59,450 nt of DNA, filler included, from Asterionella formosa (GCA_002256025.1; 9 parts of 9 records of this genome joined end to end with filler, not necessarily neighbours in it), one strand, 5' to 3'. Shown: positions 25,859 to 38,088, counted from the whole stretch's first letter. The notes: generated by a model not told the origin, from the sequence alone. Numbers and translations are program-made.

Positions 25859-26434
25859 CTACTCTTGAATCAAACAAAGCATCTGGAATGCAACCTCATC
25901 TTCTCCTTGTTGATAATGGTCACTACCAGTACTATTCTTCCCAACATCATTCTGTGCAAGTATTTGACGCAGAGCGTCACGCATCCCAATGCCTCCTTCT
26001 ACTTCGGTTCTCCACCGAGTTGCAAGAAATCTCATTAATTTGGCTAAATTCAAAACATATAGCTCAAGACTTATCCAGCAGCCAGAGGTATTCAAGTTCA
26101 AGTCTAGCAGGATACTATTGTCATTGTCAAAACCATCTTGTTTCTTGTATGAATAATACATGGCCGCTGCAATGGTTCCAAAGCGTTCACTGCGTGGTCC
26201 TGTTTTGTCATCAATAATTTTTGTAGGAGGAATGGCTTCCATTTTGAAGATATTGCTAGCGAACGCATGTTGCTGAACATGATCTTTTACTTCATCACTG
26301 GAGACCGGCAAATCATGATGATGACGCAAAAGCAGGTATCTGCAAAGACTTCGGCCAGCAGAACTGACGTATCGACGACCATAGATCGCAATGGCTTCTC
26401 GATAACATGTCACTGCAGTTGAGTACTCCCTGTT
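25859..26434 (-). CDS. Hypothetical protein, C-terminal fragment
   Basis: ORF of at least 184 aa running from near the contig end; no recognisable motif. Confidence 0.3.
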   Translation of the reverse strand, partial: NREYSTAVTCYREAIAIYGRRYVSSAGRSLCRYLLLRHHHDLPVSSDEVKDHVQQHAFASNIFKMEAIPPTKIIDDKTGPRSERFGTIAAAMYYSYKKQDGFDNDNSILLDLNLNTSGCWISLELYVLNLAKLMRFLATRWRTEVEGGIGMRDALRQILAQNDVGKNSTGSDHYQQGEDEVAFQMLCLIQE

Positions 26435-26534
26435 NNNNNNNNNNNNNNNNNNNNNNNNNNNNNNNNNNNNNNNNNNNNTTAATTAATTAANNNNNNNNNN
26501 NNNNNNNNNNNNNNNNNNNNNNNNNNNNNNNNNN
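26435..26534. other. Artificial contig linker
   Basis: N44-TTAATTAATTAA-N44. Confidence 0.99.
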
Positions 26535-26570
26535 GTTTCCTACGCGAAAGCTCGCAAGGGCTAGAGAATT
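26535..26570 (+). ncRNA. Possible 3' half of a type I hammerhead ribozyme (5' half beyond the contig start)
   Basis: C-GAAA-[GCUC-GCAA-GGGC]-U-A matches the core GAAA / stem III with GNRA loop / UH. The CUGAUGA strand is not in the window. Confidence 0.35.
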
Positions 26571-27115
26571 ATTAGATCCTGTGCCTCTTTGAAGGTATCG
26601 AAGGCTACAAGCCACACGTATCATGGTCAAAGTAAGGAGGTTGAAATGAGATGTGACGAAGGCTGATGATGAGTGGTCAATGACAAATACATCATTTGAC
26701 TCGAAGTTAATTACATGCTATAACCGGTACCGGTATCTGTATTCATCAAGTGATGTTGGAGAACAGAATTTAACATGCAATACTGGCATGTGGATGCCCT
26801 TGCTTTATTGTTACTCCGAGCATTCCGGTGTCCCAGGGGTACGTGGTGCCCTGGTACCTACCTCTCACTCCACCTGGTAGCACCAGGAAGTGTGTTGCGG
26901 TCATTTGGCTGAAATTGATAACGTGACGCAGGACAGGCGTTTAATTACATAAATAGAAAACGTCATCAATTGCTTCACTCTTTAAAATCGTCTGTATGTA
27001 TGCATGGTAATCACCATTTGGTGACGTACTAGGTTTCATGCTAATTTTATTCTTCGAAACAGTGAAACGTCAAGAAAACACAACAATGAACAGGGCAATA
27101 GAGGGGTGGCCTGAA

Positions 27116-27195
27116 GCAAAAGTAAGCCCAAGTAAGCAAAGTGAACAAACTAAGCAATATTAAGCAAAAGTAAGCAAGTCTTGCTTACTTTGCTT
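27116..27195. repeat. Short AAGCAAAAGTAAGC array ending in an inverted repeat
   Basis: Several AAGCAAA/GTAAGC units, then AAGCAAAAGTAAGCAAG opposite CTTGCTTACTTTGCTT. Confidence 0.55.
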
Positions 27196-27949
27196 TATTC
27201 TCTCCAAACTCAAAATCAATCTCCTTTTCTAGCCGAAGTGATGAAAACAACCTATCTTAATCAACGGTTTTCAAAGTTGTTGGGATTCAAAATTTGTAAC
27301 TGCCAGCAACATGATAGCAACAAGCAAGAACCCGATATAACTATTATTGACTACCAGTATGTATGCATGTATACTACCGGTATACACTGTATCAACTGTC
27401 AACAGATGAAGATAATAGTATACCAGTGCTGATGTTATGTATACTGTATCAACTGTCGACTAGAAGGACATGTATAATGAAGACAATAGTATTCCAGTAC
27501 TTACTGGTAAGCAAACAATTTTGAAATCTAATCACCATCATGGCATGCTTCCATCATTCCCATCTCACAACAATGACTCCATTTTGTGGCATTGGCAGAT
27601 ACAAGCAATCAAATTTAAGCTAATAAACAACTTGTTTCACATCTTTGCTTTAATTAATCATGTCATTGTTTTGGTTGTTGTACAGCTCCTGTAAAATGTA
27701 AAAACTGCTGATCGTTTTGTTGTTTTGAACTGTGAATCTATAAATTTCGGCAAAAAATACGCTATCGCCTATTTCAATTTTCGTTGTCAATATGAGAGTT
27801 ATTACAACTATTCCTTTACGATTGGTTTTTTCAATATTGTACTTAATATATGTACCTAATAGCAAAGCTTTGCTCTCATTTTTCATGGAGATATTTTTTG
27901 AATTCGAAATGGTCAAGGCTGAGATGACATGATGCACCATGCATTCTCC

Positions 27950-28250
27950 TGGTGAAAGAAGTTTGAACACAATAAGAAAAAGCTGCGCTAGTTCAAATGC
28001 CTTCTGAGCTGGACATTTTCCTGGTGCCACAACACCAAAGTATAGGAAGCAACAGTTACTGTCGCAAACAGCTTGAACATTCAATGCATATGACAATTAA
28101 TGACCAGACCAATTTAATGCCTGAGGGCATCTGTCACGATCCTTTTTCTTGGTTTTGGCAATAGGCTGTAAATACTCATCTATACACCAACGCATAAACG
28201 AAACAGTTGCTGCTCAAAGGCAAGAAAGGCATCCAATCTCAATCGTTTTC
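27950..28250 (-). mobile_element. PIF/Harbinger transposase remnant
   Basis: YALNVQAVCDSNCCFLYFGVVAPGK matches the Harbinger DDE motif LNVQAVCD...F...PG; an upstream CIDE-like motif is separated by stops. Confidence 0.65.
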
Positions 28251-28629
28251 GGACAGACTATGACAAGCTCTTGAAAAAGGATTGTTTCGGTGAAAATCCG
28301 ATTTACTGGACATTATGTTCAGGACGCGCTTCCAGATGAGCCGGTCATTGTTTGATAAGATTCTTGATGATTTGGTTGCTTCGGATTCTTAATTTTGTCA
28401 GAAGAAGCATGCCTTGTTGGTTTTGCTGGGATTTTTGCCACACCCAAAACTTACCTTGGAACATATGAAATATGCAAAATATATTTTAATGATGGGCAAT
28501 ATCGGACCTTTGGCAACTTTCGAGGTGAAGATAGGAAATATACAAATTATATTTTATATGATGGGCAATAGAAGGCTAAAATTGACATTTATGCTAAATT
28601 TGTGGGCAGTAGGTAAGCGAATGACGCGA

Positions 28630-28876
28630 CGATAGCTAGAGCGGGAATTGCCTCAACAATACCCTTCTCGGCGGCTGCTTGCATTCTCGTATACATGTGT
28701 ACTCAGATGGGATGGCACTCGTAGGGTGACCTTCTCGCAGCGCTGGGGGCGCCACTCGTACAGTCAACCTACTCGCGCCACCCAGCCTCGAACACATGTA
28801 TACTCGCAAACAAGAGACCACCTCGGGCGTGTGTTGCCTTCAGCAAAACATACCTACTCAAGACTCTAAGTCTACG
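28630..28876 (-). ncRNA. Rod-like fold-back element with periodic tandem G.A internal loops; family unknown
   Basis: Five mirror pairs of CTCR tetramers centred on 28746, with complementary stems of about 11-15 nt between them. Most inner mismatches are A.C on + and therefore G.U on -. Confidence 0.7.
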
Positions 28877-28877
28877 A

Positions 28878-29215
28878 GACCCTTTTTGCACATTCAAATT
28901 CCGATTCCAGTATTTTGGCGTTTTAGAGGAGGATTGCTCTACATCTGCGGGGTTTCATGAAGATTAAAATAGATAGCCGTGTACCCTACATATAACGTGA
29001 GGAGCAAACTTCTGGGGAGAAACTGCAGTTATGTATCATAGATATTTTCAAAGCTTCGTAGCCCCTTCCTTTGACTATTTTTGTGAAAGTTACGAATCTA
29101 CGATAAATGACTGTAGTTTCTTTCCAGAAATGAGTTCCCTAACATATCCGAAGATAGAACATATCCCTAAGTCGACCAATAACTGTACCGGTATCTAAGC
29201 ATATGCAAAAAGGTC
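28878..29215. mobile_element. Fold-back MITE-like element
   Basis: Terminal inverted repeats GACCCTTTTTGCA / TGCAAAAAGGTC and an internal inverted pair TTCTGGGGAGAAACTGCAGTTATGTATCATAGAT / ATCTACGATAAATGACTGTAGTTTCTTTCCAGAA; non-coding. Confidence 0.6.
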
Positions 29216-31299
29216 ATATCGGTGAAAGCTAATTTTACCTTTTACTATTTTATTTTGTTGTACGTAATGTGTGGATTAAGGTACATCAAGAAATTATTTT
29301 GGGAAAAAAGAACCTCGTAATGTGTAACTCCGGGGCCGCAACCTTAAAGCCGCAGTGATGTTAAGGTTCCTGCATTTAATTTCCCTAGCTCGAGGTAGGA
29401 GGGCTCTTAAAAACAATATTAAGTCAGATTAGCCAATCATACACTTCTTACAAGTAAAACATAAATGTATATCGCTAAACAAAGCTTTCACCAATATACA
29501 CCCTTTAAGTATGCTTAGAAACAGTCATTGATCAAAGTAGGTACAGGTCAATGCTATCTATTTTCGGAATAAGGTTCTGGCGAGAAAATGCAGAAAGGAA
29601 CTTCGGTTTTTTGACTATGCTGAAAATAGTGGATTTTACGGGGCCAAATTTTTTATTTAGTCTAGTAATAAAAACCGAAGTTTCTTTCTGCACTTTCTCG
29701 CCGAAAGTTAACTTTTGGGATATACGAAGAATACCTTTGTACTTAACTCTTCTTCAAACCCTGTCAACGTTGAGCTGTCATCGTCCAAAAATTTGACAAT
29801 TTCAGTCTTTTCAACGGTCTCAAGAAAGTCAGAATCAGAATCACTAATCGCCGAAACATCATCAGAAAAAGTGTCTTGTGGTTCAATTTTTCGTCCTACC
29901 ATCGCCTGTTCAAAAAATTCCATTGTAAGTGCCCGCTTCACTATAAATATATTGATTGGCCAAGTTGAATAACTTCCTGATATATGTTTTGCACTGCCGT
30001 AGTATGGGGTTGATAATTCATCATCTATGTCTTGACGATGATGAACTGATCGGACTCAATATCTCCACGAAAATTGACAATCAACCATTCCTATTTTGCA
30101 CATAAATCAAGCTTAACATAGACGAGGTAATCGTTCAATAATCGAAGTTTTTGATTTAATTTTGACCGCGAAAATTTGAAAATTGCTGCTAGAATTTGTT
30201 TTCGTCGTCGTTTGCTCTATTTTGAAGCTACAACCATAGTAGAGACAACGTTTAGTCCTTGATGACTACTAGCTTAATAACTTTTACTAGATGATTATTT
30301 CTATCTACTGTAAAGATTAATGAGAAACATAGAGAAAATCAAAATTGGAAAGGGCGCAATAGCTCAAAATGCAAGAAAACCTCAACCACTTTTCTGTACT
30401 GACTTTTCATGTATGTACCAGGTTATACCCCTTCATGTCGAGTAGCCTATTCCAATGGAATCTTGATAAGGTCATTTCAAAGTTACGTCTAAACATACAT
30501 ATAGACATAGAACAATATGCTGCTTGTTCTTGAAGCGACAAAATATTTGTATGCTAGTATAATTCAGACACTTTTGTTCCAAAATTGTATTATTTCGAAG
30601 TGAATGCTGTTGAGGTGTAATTCTTCCCATCCGGGATGAGCCGAACATAGATCTCGAACACTCTGCTCCAAAACTTGTTTGCTTTTGCCCAGTCCCAGTG
30701 ATTGCATCTTCACTTGCTGCTACCAGTTATAAATAGCTTTTAGCCACATTATTATATCGTTTTCCGACTAATTCTAGAATTATGCTAAAATCGATCCCCT
30801 CTTTCGCCCTTTGGCACTATATTAGTTAGTTCATTAAGCTACATGAGAATAATATCAATTTGTTTACTTGAACATATATTAACTGAGATCTATCCTTTTT
30901 TAAAGTGACAAAACCGGTCGAAGTGGCTCAAAGCCATTGATTAAAATGTTACCATACATGGTTATTTTTATAGGTAACGGTTAGAAAATATTATATCGTT
31001 TGCAAGTTTTTCTGCTGTAGTTGCATTGTTTTTTGACTGGTAGTGTTCCCATTTTATCTTGTCAGTTCCATCAAAGACTCCTCCCATTTTTTGGCAGTAG
31101 TCTTTGCATCGCTCGTTTTTAGATCTTGTCATGTAATAGGATCGACCAAAGGGTGAGAAGGTGGCGTCATTGCAGTTGCAACTGGTACTGCAGTGTCGCC
31201 ACGAATCATGGTGTCATGGTATCAGGTAAGTAGAAGTTGCTTCGACATGAAGACTGGCTGTGTATTTGTTATTGCTTGTTGTTTGTTGTTTGCAATTGC

Positions 31300-31872
31300 C
31301 CTTAGCTAGTGCTGTTTCTTTTCGATGGCGGGCAAGGCAAGTTTGTCCAGATTTATTCCATTTCCAGTATCCTCATGATTGCGATACTGTACAACCTGAT
31401 CATTTAGGGTTCCAGTGAGGATGCCTTGGCTCAAGTTTAGTCTGGATGGGGGAATAAAAGAGACTGATTGATTATTGTTCGCTTCTGTTTGCAGATTCAA
31501 TACTTGTCAGTTGAATTTCCAGATGGAGCTACAAGTTATAGTTTAATGGACCCAACCTTGTTCAGCAACTACATTTTTGTTTGTATTGATATGGGCAAAG
31601 GATTCATCCCAAGCTTTCGACACCAGATCAACAGTGTCATACTTTTCAACAGCAAATGCAGCATGGTGCCTTTCCTTTTGGGTGCATAAATATCTCTCGT
31701 ATTTTGTGAGTTCGATATTAAATCTTGAATTTGTCATCAGGGTAGAGATTGATGAGGTATGATGTCCTGCCAACAACTTTGAATCATTTAGTTTCAAAGT
31801 AGCAAGGAATTGCACTATCGAATTAGTTGCCTTTCCCGCCTGATTTAGCTTTTGCAAATGGTACTGGACCAT
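31300..31872 (-). mobile_element. Degenerate pogo/Tc5-like DDE transposase C-terminal remnant
   Basis: DLVSKAWDESFAHINTNKNVVAEQGW resembles the AW..SF...G helix that follows DDE_1 domains; fragmented. Confidence 0.45.
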
Positions 31873-33053
31873 AGGATTTGTCAGCCGAGCCAGTGTAGCT
31901 GCCTTCGATGCAACAATATTCGATATTGCAACATAAGGTAGTTTGCCATTGTTATTTACATTTCAAAGTTTCTAACTCCATAACTATATTTTCATAAATA
32001 AGTTACCACACTACAGTCTTAGCTAAAGAATAAGGTATCACCTTGTACTTTTTGGATGGTTGAGGCTGTATTCTTGCTGTAGGTTTCATTTTTAATATTG
32101 AGATGACTGCAATTTGCTTCATTTTGTGGTGTGTCGGAAGCAATTTCTGCTTTGAATTATGGTCTCTGGTGAGATATAAATATGGCTCCATTTTTCGGCC
32201 TTGAAGAAATATTGGATCAATTTACTAAGAGTGACTAGTAGATTCATTTACTGCTATAAGATATGGTGAATGTCGGTTAAACAATGCAACTAAATATATA
32301 TTAGTTATTTAATTTTCTACACAAATGTATATGAGTCTTTCTGGGAGATGCCGGCTCAATGTTATAATTTTTTGCCGCTTTTGGGCCAATCACTTCTTTC
32401 CGACACATTTATCTCATTAATTACACAAGTCCTAATAGACAACTACCCGGTACTGTAAAACCTGGTCTCTCGTATCCCTCAATGTACACAGCCATGACTG
32501 ATTTTACTTAGAGGGTAGCACAAGACATTGGACCTTTTTCGATAATCCAACACTGCAAGCAAACCAACTTCGCCACCCTTTTCGCTGTAGTCTAAAACGT
32601 AAATAGCAACATTAAAAGATAGATTGTTGCGGGTTCAAACAGTTTCTATGATCAATAGAATTTCTATTTTTGGTGAACTGGCGCGCCCGAGTTTTGTGAT
32701 GGCATCAATAGTAATTCCTAGAGTGTGTACAAATCTGTACCTAATCCTACAACCGTATTAACTTGTGTAGACTCTACAACTTGGATCGTGATGGATATTA
32801 ATATAAGCCAACCACATCACTTATATGAATGAGTATTCGACCAGAATCATGACATGCACGAAATAATTTTGCATAATGACGCAGCAGACGAAATGATTCT
32901 GTGAACACTTCTGGCAAGCTGACAAAATCAAGGCCAGAACTGCCTGAGCCTTAAGCATTCAGCTTGATAATCGCTCCACAACAAGCATCCAAGTTCCAGC
33001 TTCGACTTTTGAAATAGATCTCAGGACAAGGATATCGCCATCGCAAATGTCAT

Positions 33054-33153
33054 NNNNNNNNNNNNNNNNNNNNNNNNNNNNNNNNNNNNNNNNNNNNTTA
33101 ATTAATTAANNNNNNNNNNNNNNNNNNNNNNNNNNNNNNNNNNNNNNNNNNNN
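33054..33153. other. Artificial contig linker
   Basis: N44-TTAATTAATTAA-N44. Confidence 0.99.
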
Positions 33154-33624
33154 ATCAAGTTCAATATCACCTGTGATAAACTTGACTTTTGGGAAAAGTT
33201 CAAGTTTGACCCATTGACCATCATTTCGGGTCCAATGCTTGTCTCTTCCAGTGCCATGGCCACCAGAAAGTTGAAGTCTTTGCTTCTCCGTTACTTCCCG
33301 AAGCTCTTCAATCTCTTTTCTACTTTTCTTCAACTCAGATTGAAGAAACTCTAAGGAAAGGTTTGTTTCAATTCCCTTGTGATCAGAAATAGTCGAAATG
33401 TTTTTCTTACCATCAGTTGATAAAATGAGACTTTCATCCTCGTCACTGAAGAAATCGCTGTTCTCTGCTCCAGGAATAGAGACTCCATTGTCGCTTTCAC
33501 TGTCAGATGCAGAGGAAGCCTCAGCCTGAGACAGCTCCTGAATATGTTTTGACATGATATCCGAAATAGCTTGCCAGAGATTTATAAGAATTGGATCTCG
33601 AACAATCACTGATTGATCACCCAT
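33154..33624 (-). CDS. Acidic/coiled-coil protein, probable transposon accessory ORF (cut by the contig end)
   Basis: ATG ORF with an acidic tract, a coiled-coil segment and WVKLELFPKVKFI. It is on the same strand as, and downstream of, the Plavaka-like transposase. Confidence 0.5.
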
Positions 33625-34105
33625 TTATTCGCAAAAGTGGACATTTTCCCTTTGCAAATGGCCATTGTTGCTGGTCTACCGGTCTGCCGGTAGTCTGCTA
33701 CACTAATAATAATCAAGCATCATCACCTTCAAAATTCAACACTTACTGAATGGCGCAACAGTAAAAGTACTTGCTACTAGTAGCTACTAGCAGCGATTCA
33801 GGGAAATTATATGCACAAACAAGGACCAGGTATTGTATATAGTACATCCAAGTATTCGTGCGTCTTGTACTATTTATCTAGTAGGTACTAGATGCAGGTG
33901 CTGGGATTCGGACACAAAAATATTGCAACTAGCTACTACTGGCTTCCTGCCTGTTTTCCGGAACAGAAAAACTGCCAGCCATCCTCACGTGACTCTATAT
34001 TTCTCTAATAATTGCACTTTTTCGCAACAATTGCGTTACTCTCCTCTTCTCTCTTTCCTTTCTCCCTTCGAGACTTCTTTCTCGCTCAAGAACAGACCAG
34101 CCAAT

Positions 34106-37100
34106 ATGTGCGATGGTTTCTGTCCTTTCGAGAATCACAGGGCTCAGTATGGTGATGATGATACTATGTATCCTCATTACCACATCAAGACGAATTTCAG
34201 TGTTCCTTTCACTTACTTGCGACAGTATGGACAAGTTACTTGAGATTGGCATGTTCAAGGATTTCCAAAGAGATCCTGAATTGTCCATGAAGAAACTCTA
34301 TCTTCGATTGATCAACGCGTATGAGAATGAGTCCTTTCTTTCTCAACGCTATTGATTGGTCCCCTTCAGTCCTGAGTCTATGAGTCTGATCCGCGAGGGA
34401 TACAGGACTCATGTGGATTATCCACTCCTCTATTTTCTTCCTTTTTTCACTCATGTGAGCAAAAGTCTTGAGGCTCTAGGAAGATTGTACATTGGTCGCA
34501 TCAATGTACGTGACCCTAATGCTGATGATAGGCAGTACAAGTGGAAAGTTAGGATCACCCAAATTCCCCTTGGCACCTTCGCCACTTCTAAAATCCGTTT
34601 GGAGATCAATGAGATTATGACTTTCTTGTCCAAATCTTTTGGTAACGATTGGAATTACGTTGTTACCAACCAAGCTCTATACGCAAATCAGCTCCAGAAG
34701 AAGCTTCATGGCAACTTCGTCATTACCATTGAAGAGAGGGAGAACTTGGAGAAGAAGTTCAAGCCCGTAGCTATGGTTGTCGTGGAGCAAAAAGAGTTTC
34801 CAACTCCTATTGCTTGTATTCACTATCTGGTGACAAGTAATCATAACTCAACCCATGATTTGCACAAGTACAAAGAACGTGGAATGGATCAATTGCTGAT
34901 CCAAGCTGCTACTCGTCTTCGTATCGATGAGGAGGCCTGGAACTGTGCATACCCAGGATGTCCTTCCCAACATCGACCAGTTTTTGCGCAGGTGCTGGGC
35001 AATGCGGTTGAGTGGTATAAATCCTTGGGATTTGTACACTACAATCCTATTTCTTGGATGGACAGGATCAATCATCCTCTTGAAAACCTTCTTCATGATG
35101 AGAGGAACAAGAACAATGGCGATGTTGATTCATACAATTATGGACATGATATGCCAGAACCAGCAAATTTCGAGACCTTTCCTATCGTGCGTTTGCGAAC
35201 AAATATAGCTGGGAGTCTTCTTTCAGCCACTCATTATGATCTTCTTGATCATCAATTGGAAGAGCAAGCCTATGTGTACTCGATGTTTCTTCCAAAAGGG
35301 GGTTTCATCTACAAGCAACCAAAAGGTATGTTCGTATACTATATATATGCTGTATTCATATTCATTTATTCATTCACACATTTCTTTTTTTGCATTCATC
35401 ACCTGACAGTGGTGATGAATGCGAAGGCAGCTATCAGGTCAGAGTATGCCCGCTTGGAAGCTCCTTCTTATGCGCTCGGAAAGCGTGCGAAGAGAGGCAC
35501 CTTGCAGAAGGCTGCTTCTATAGTTACAGCAGGATCAACACAGGCCCAATCCCGAGTGTTGCAGAAGAGTGTTCCAAAGAAAGCTGCAAAGACGAGGATG
35601 AAGACTCTTCCAAGAACTGTTGCTGCGAAAGCTGTTGCACTCAAGCCTTCTGCCAAGGCTACTCCCAAGCATGATGCTACCAAAGCCGTCACATCCAAGG
35701 CAGGTGCTTACAACGCTGCGAGTCAACAGCCAGCAGCCAGCAGCCGAGATGTTGCATCAATGCCTGTAACTAATCCTTACGAAGAATCTGAATCTGACTG
35801 CAAACCAGCCGCGATTCCCAGCAAAAAAGTATCGAAACCAGACTCTAAACCAGCTGCCATAAACAGGAAAAAAGTATCCAAGCCGGATTCCAAATCAGCT
35901 GCCACCTCCAGCAAAATGGTCTTCAAACCGGCGTCCAAACAAGCAAGTTGCTGTGCCAATAATCAAGAAACGGTCGAAAGCGTCCTGGCCCCCTTCTAGT
36001 TCTACTTCCAAGAAATCACGAATTTTTCCCAAGGACAATGATGTGATTATTCTAACAGATGATGATATTAGTAATGCAAAGGCAAGTGCCTCAAAGAATG
36101 ACCTCTTCCATTGTGTCAATCCTGAACTACCTTCTGTTGTCAATTTCGAGAAAAGTAACCAGAATGTGATCAAGCTGGAACTCATCCTGTCCCGCCACCA
36201 TGGGATAAGGTCGAAACAATTTGACCTAACAGGAACTCTTGCTTCACGCCGAGCAATCACCACTCAAAGGTTCAGCTCTCAAGGCAGTTTCAATGGTGTC
36301 ACTAACACAGCAAATATTTCAAGCTTGCTCTATCAGACTGATGCAGCCTACCACCAATTTCGTCAGGAGTGCTTGCAGTATGCGGAACGAGGAGTGTTGT
36401 CCCCATCGTCAAATGAAGATTTGACGAAAAATAATAGCAAGACGCCTCTCACTGGGAACAAGGGTGTGGAAGAGAGTGCAAAGTGGATGCACAGTTTTCA
36501 AGCAAGACCCTACTTTTGGCGTTTCCAACAGGGTCGACTCCAAGAGAATTGTTGATGTTCAGGTCCTACCTTCACCACCTTTGACCAAGATTAACAATGT
36601 GGGGCGTAAAAACATCGAGCAAGAAACCTTGATTTCCAAGAAAAAGAACTTTGCAAAGGCCAAAGAGGTCGTGGTCCCAACTCCACCAGCTTTGCTTAAC
36701 AATGTTCCTAGTCCGGTCAAAATCCTGTCCACTTGAGATTTGACTGGAGCGCCAAAAATTATGATTCAAATACTCATGATTCAGTTCTTGAATCAGCATT
36801 TCAATCAGAGAAAATTGCACGCAAGGAAAACAGTGGCGCCACTGTGATTTTTGTTCATCGGCCACCTCTAGTGTTAGACCCTGCCCTCAAACCTGTGCCC
36901 TTAGCTAACAAATCACACGACCACCAAGGCTAATCTACAAGGCAAAGTGGAAGAAGATATTTCCATCACCTCAGAGGATGCCTCAGAGGCTGGTCCTTCT
37001 TTGGAATTTCTCAAGTCTGTTGACAAATCGAATATGAAGTTGCCTGGGTTCAACAACAACAAGGATCATAAGCAGGTCGAGAAGAGTCCACATCTTACCC

Positions 37101-37882
37101 TCCAGAGAGATAGGAACCCAGATGTATCTTTAGGTGAAACCTGGTCTATCATCAAGCTCCCACACTCTATCTCCCACCAGCAGGATCATGTCAAACCTGG
37201 TCTGAAACCTGTGCCTCCAACAAAGCATATCACCAGGGTGATTCCACAAGGCAAAGACGACGAAGATAGTTCCATTGTCTCAGAGGATGTTCCTTCTTTG
37301 GAATTTCTCAAGAATGTTCAGAAATCAAATGTGAAGGTGCCTGCGGTCGACAAGAAGGATAATGAGGTCACGAAGGGTAGACTTCTTATTCTCCAGAAGG
37401 ATCATGACAAACCGGTACCCAAACCTGTGCCTCCAACAAAGCACACTAACAAGCTGAATACACAAAGCCAAGACAAAGATATTTCCAATGTCTCCGAGGA
37501 TGGTCCTTCTTTGGAATTTCTCAAATCTGTTGAAAAATCTGTCAAAAGAATCCAACCTTCTGTCCCACCTGTCTTTGCAAAGAATGAAGATATTGTTGCT
37601 CAAAAAGAAAAAGATAATACGATGCCCGAAAAAGGCCTTCAAAAATATCTTATTCTCTCTGAGAATGTTTCCATGCCAGGAAAAGTCGCCATCCATGTCC
37701 CTGCCGATGGCGAGAATCTTTTACGTTCTCAATCTAGAACCCCATCCTCCTCTGAAACCTCGTCTTCTGCTGTGTCCTCAACTAGATGTGAAACCTCTAC
37801 CGGTGGTGAAAAATCGGATTCCAAGTTAGATGAGGAGGACCAGTCCAAAGTGATTGATTCTGACTATGAATTTGTATTGTGA
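34106..37882 (+). pseudogene. Large GNAT acetyltransferase-domain gene with a Lys/Ala/Ser/Pro-rich tail and PSLEFLK repeats; disrupted
   Basis: GNAT-like IHYLVT...YKERGMDQLLIQAA and NAVEWYKSLGF. In-frame 84-nt GT-AG intron at 35326-35409. Stop at 34353-34355 and several frameshifts/stops between about 35950 and 36950. Confidence 0.6.
36900..37560 (+). repeat. Three diverged coding repeats (KPVP...Q...D.S..SE..PSLEFLK.V.KS)
   Basis: TCCTTCTTTGGAATTTCTCAA occurs three times (about 36994, 37291, 37504), each preceded by a similar AAACCTGTGCC block. Confidence 0.8.
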
Positions 37883-38088
37883 GTACATGAGTGAATGTTT
37901 AGCATCTCCTACTTTCTTACTAGGTCAATCAAGGAGATTAATGATTTCTATTAAAATTGATAATTGTATGTTAATTTCCCTGTTTGTTGGTTTTGTAGTA
38001 ATATTAATTGTTTTCACATTTTTTTTCTACCAATTTTTTTAAACATTTCTTTCATCAGTTGCTTTATGCAATCGTATCATCCAGCAAA

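Noticed and set aside
26545..26680. Complete type II hammerhead using the CTGATGA at 26663
   Set aside because: The required stem I and stem II strands are not complementary.
28630..28876. Rod interpreted as a SECIS element, kink-turn array, CRISPR array or CDS
   Set aside because: No AUGA 5' core with an apical AA; loops are symmetric 2x2 without the 3-nt K-turn bulge; the repeat is only 4 nt and there are no cas genes; the overlapping 61-73 aa ORFs have no protein-like features.
29343..29510. TTAA-flanked Kolobok/piggyBac-like MITE ends
   Set aside because: Could not pair convincing terminal inverted repeats.
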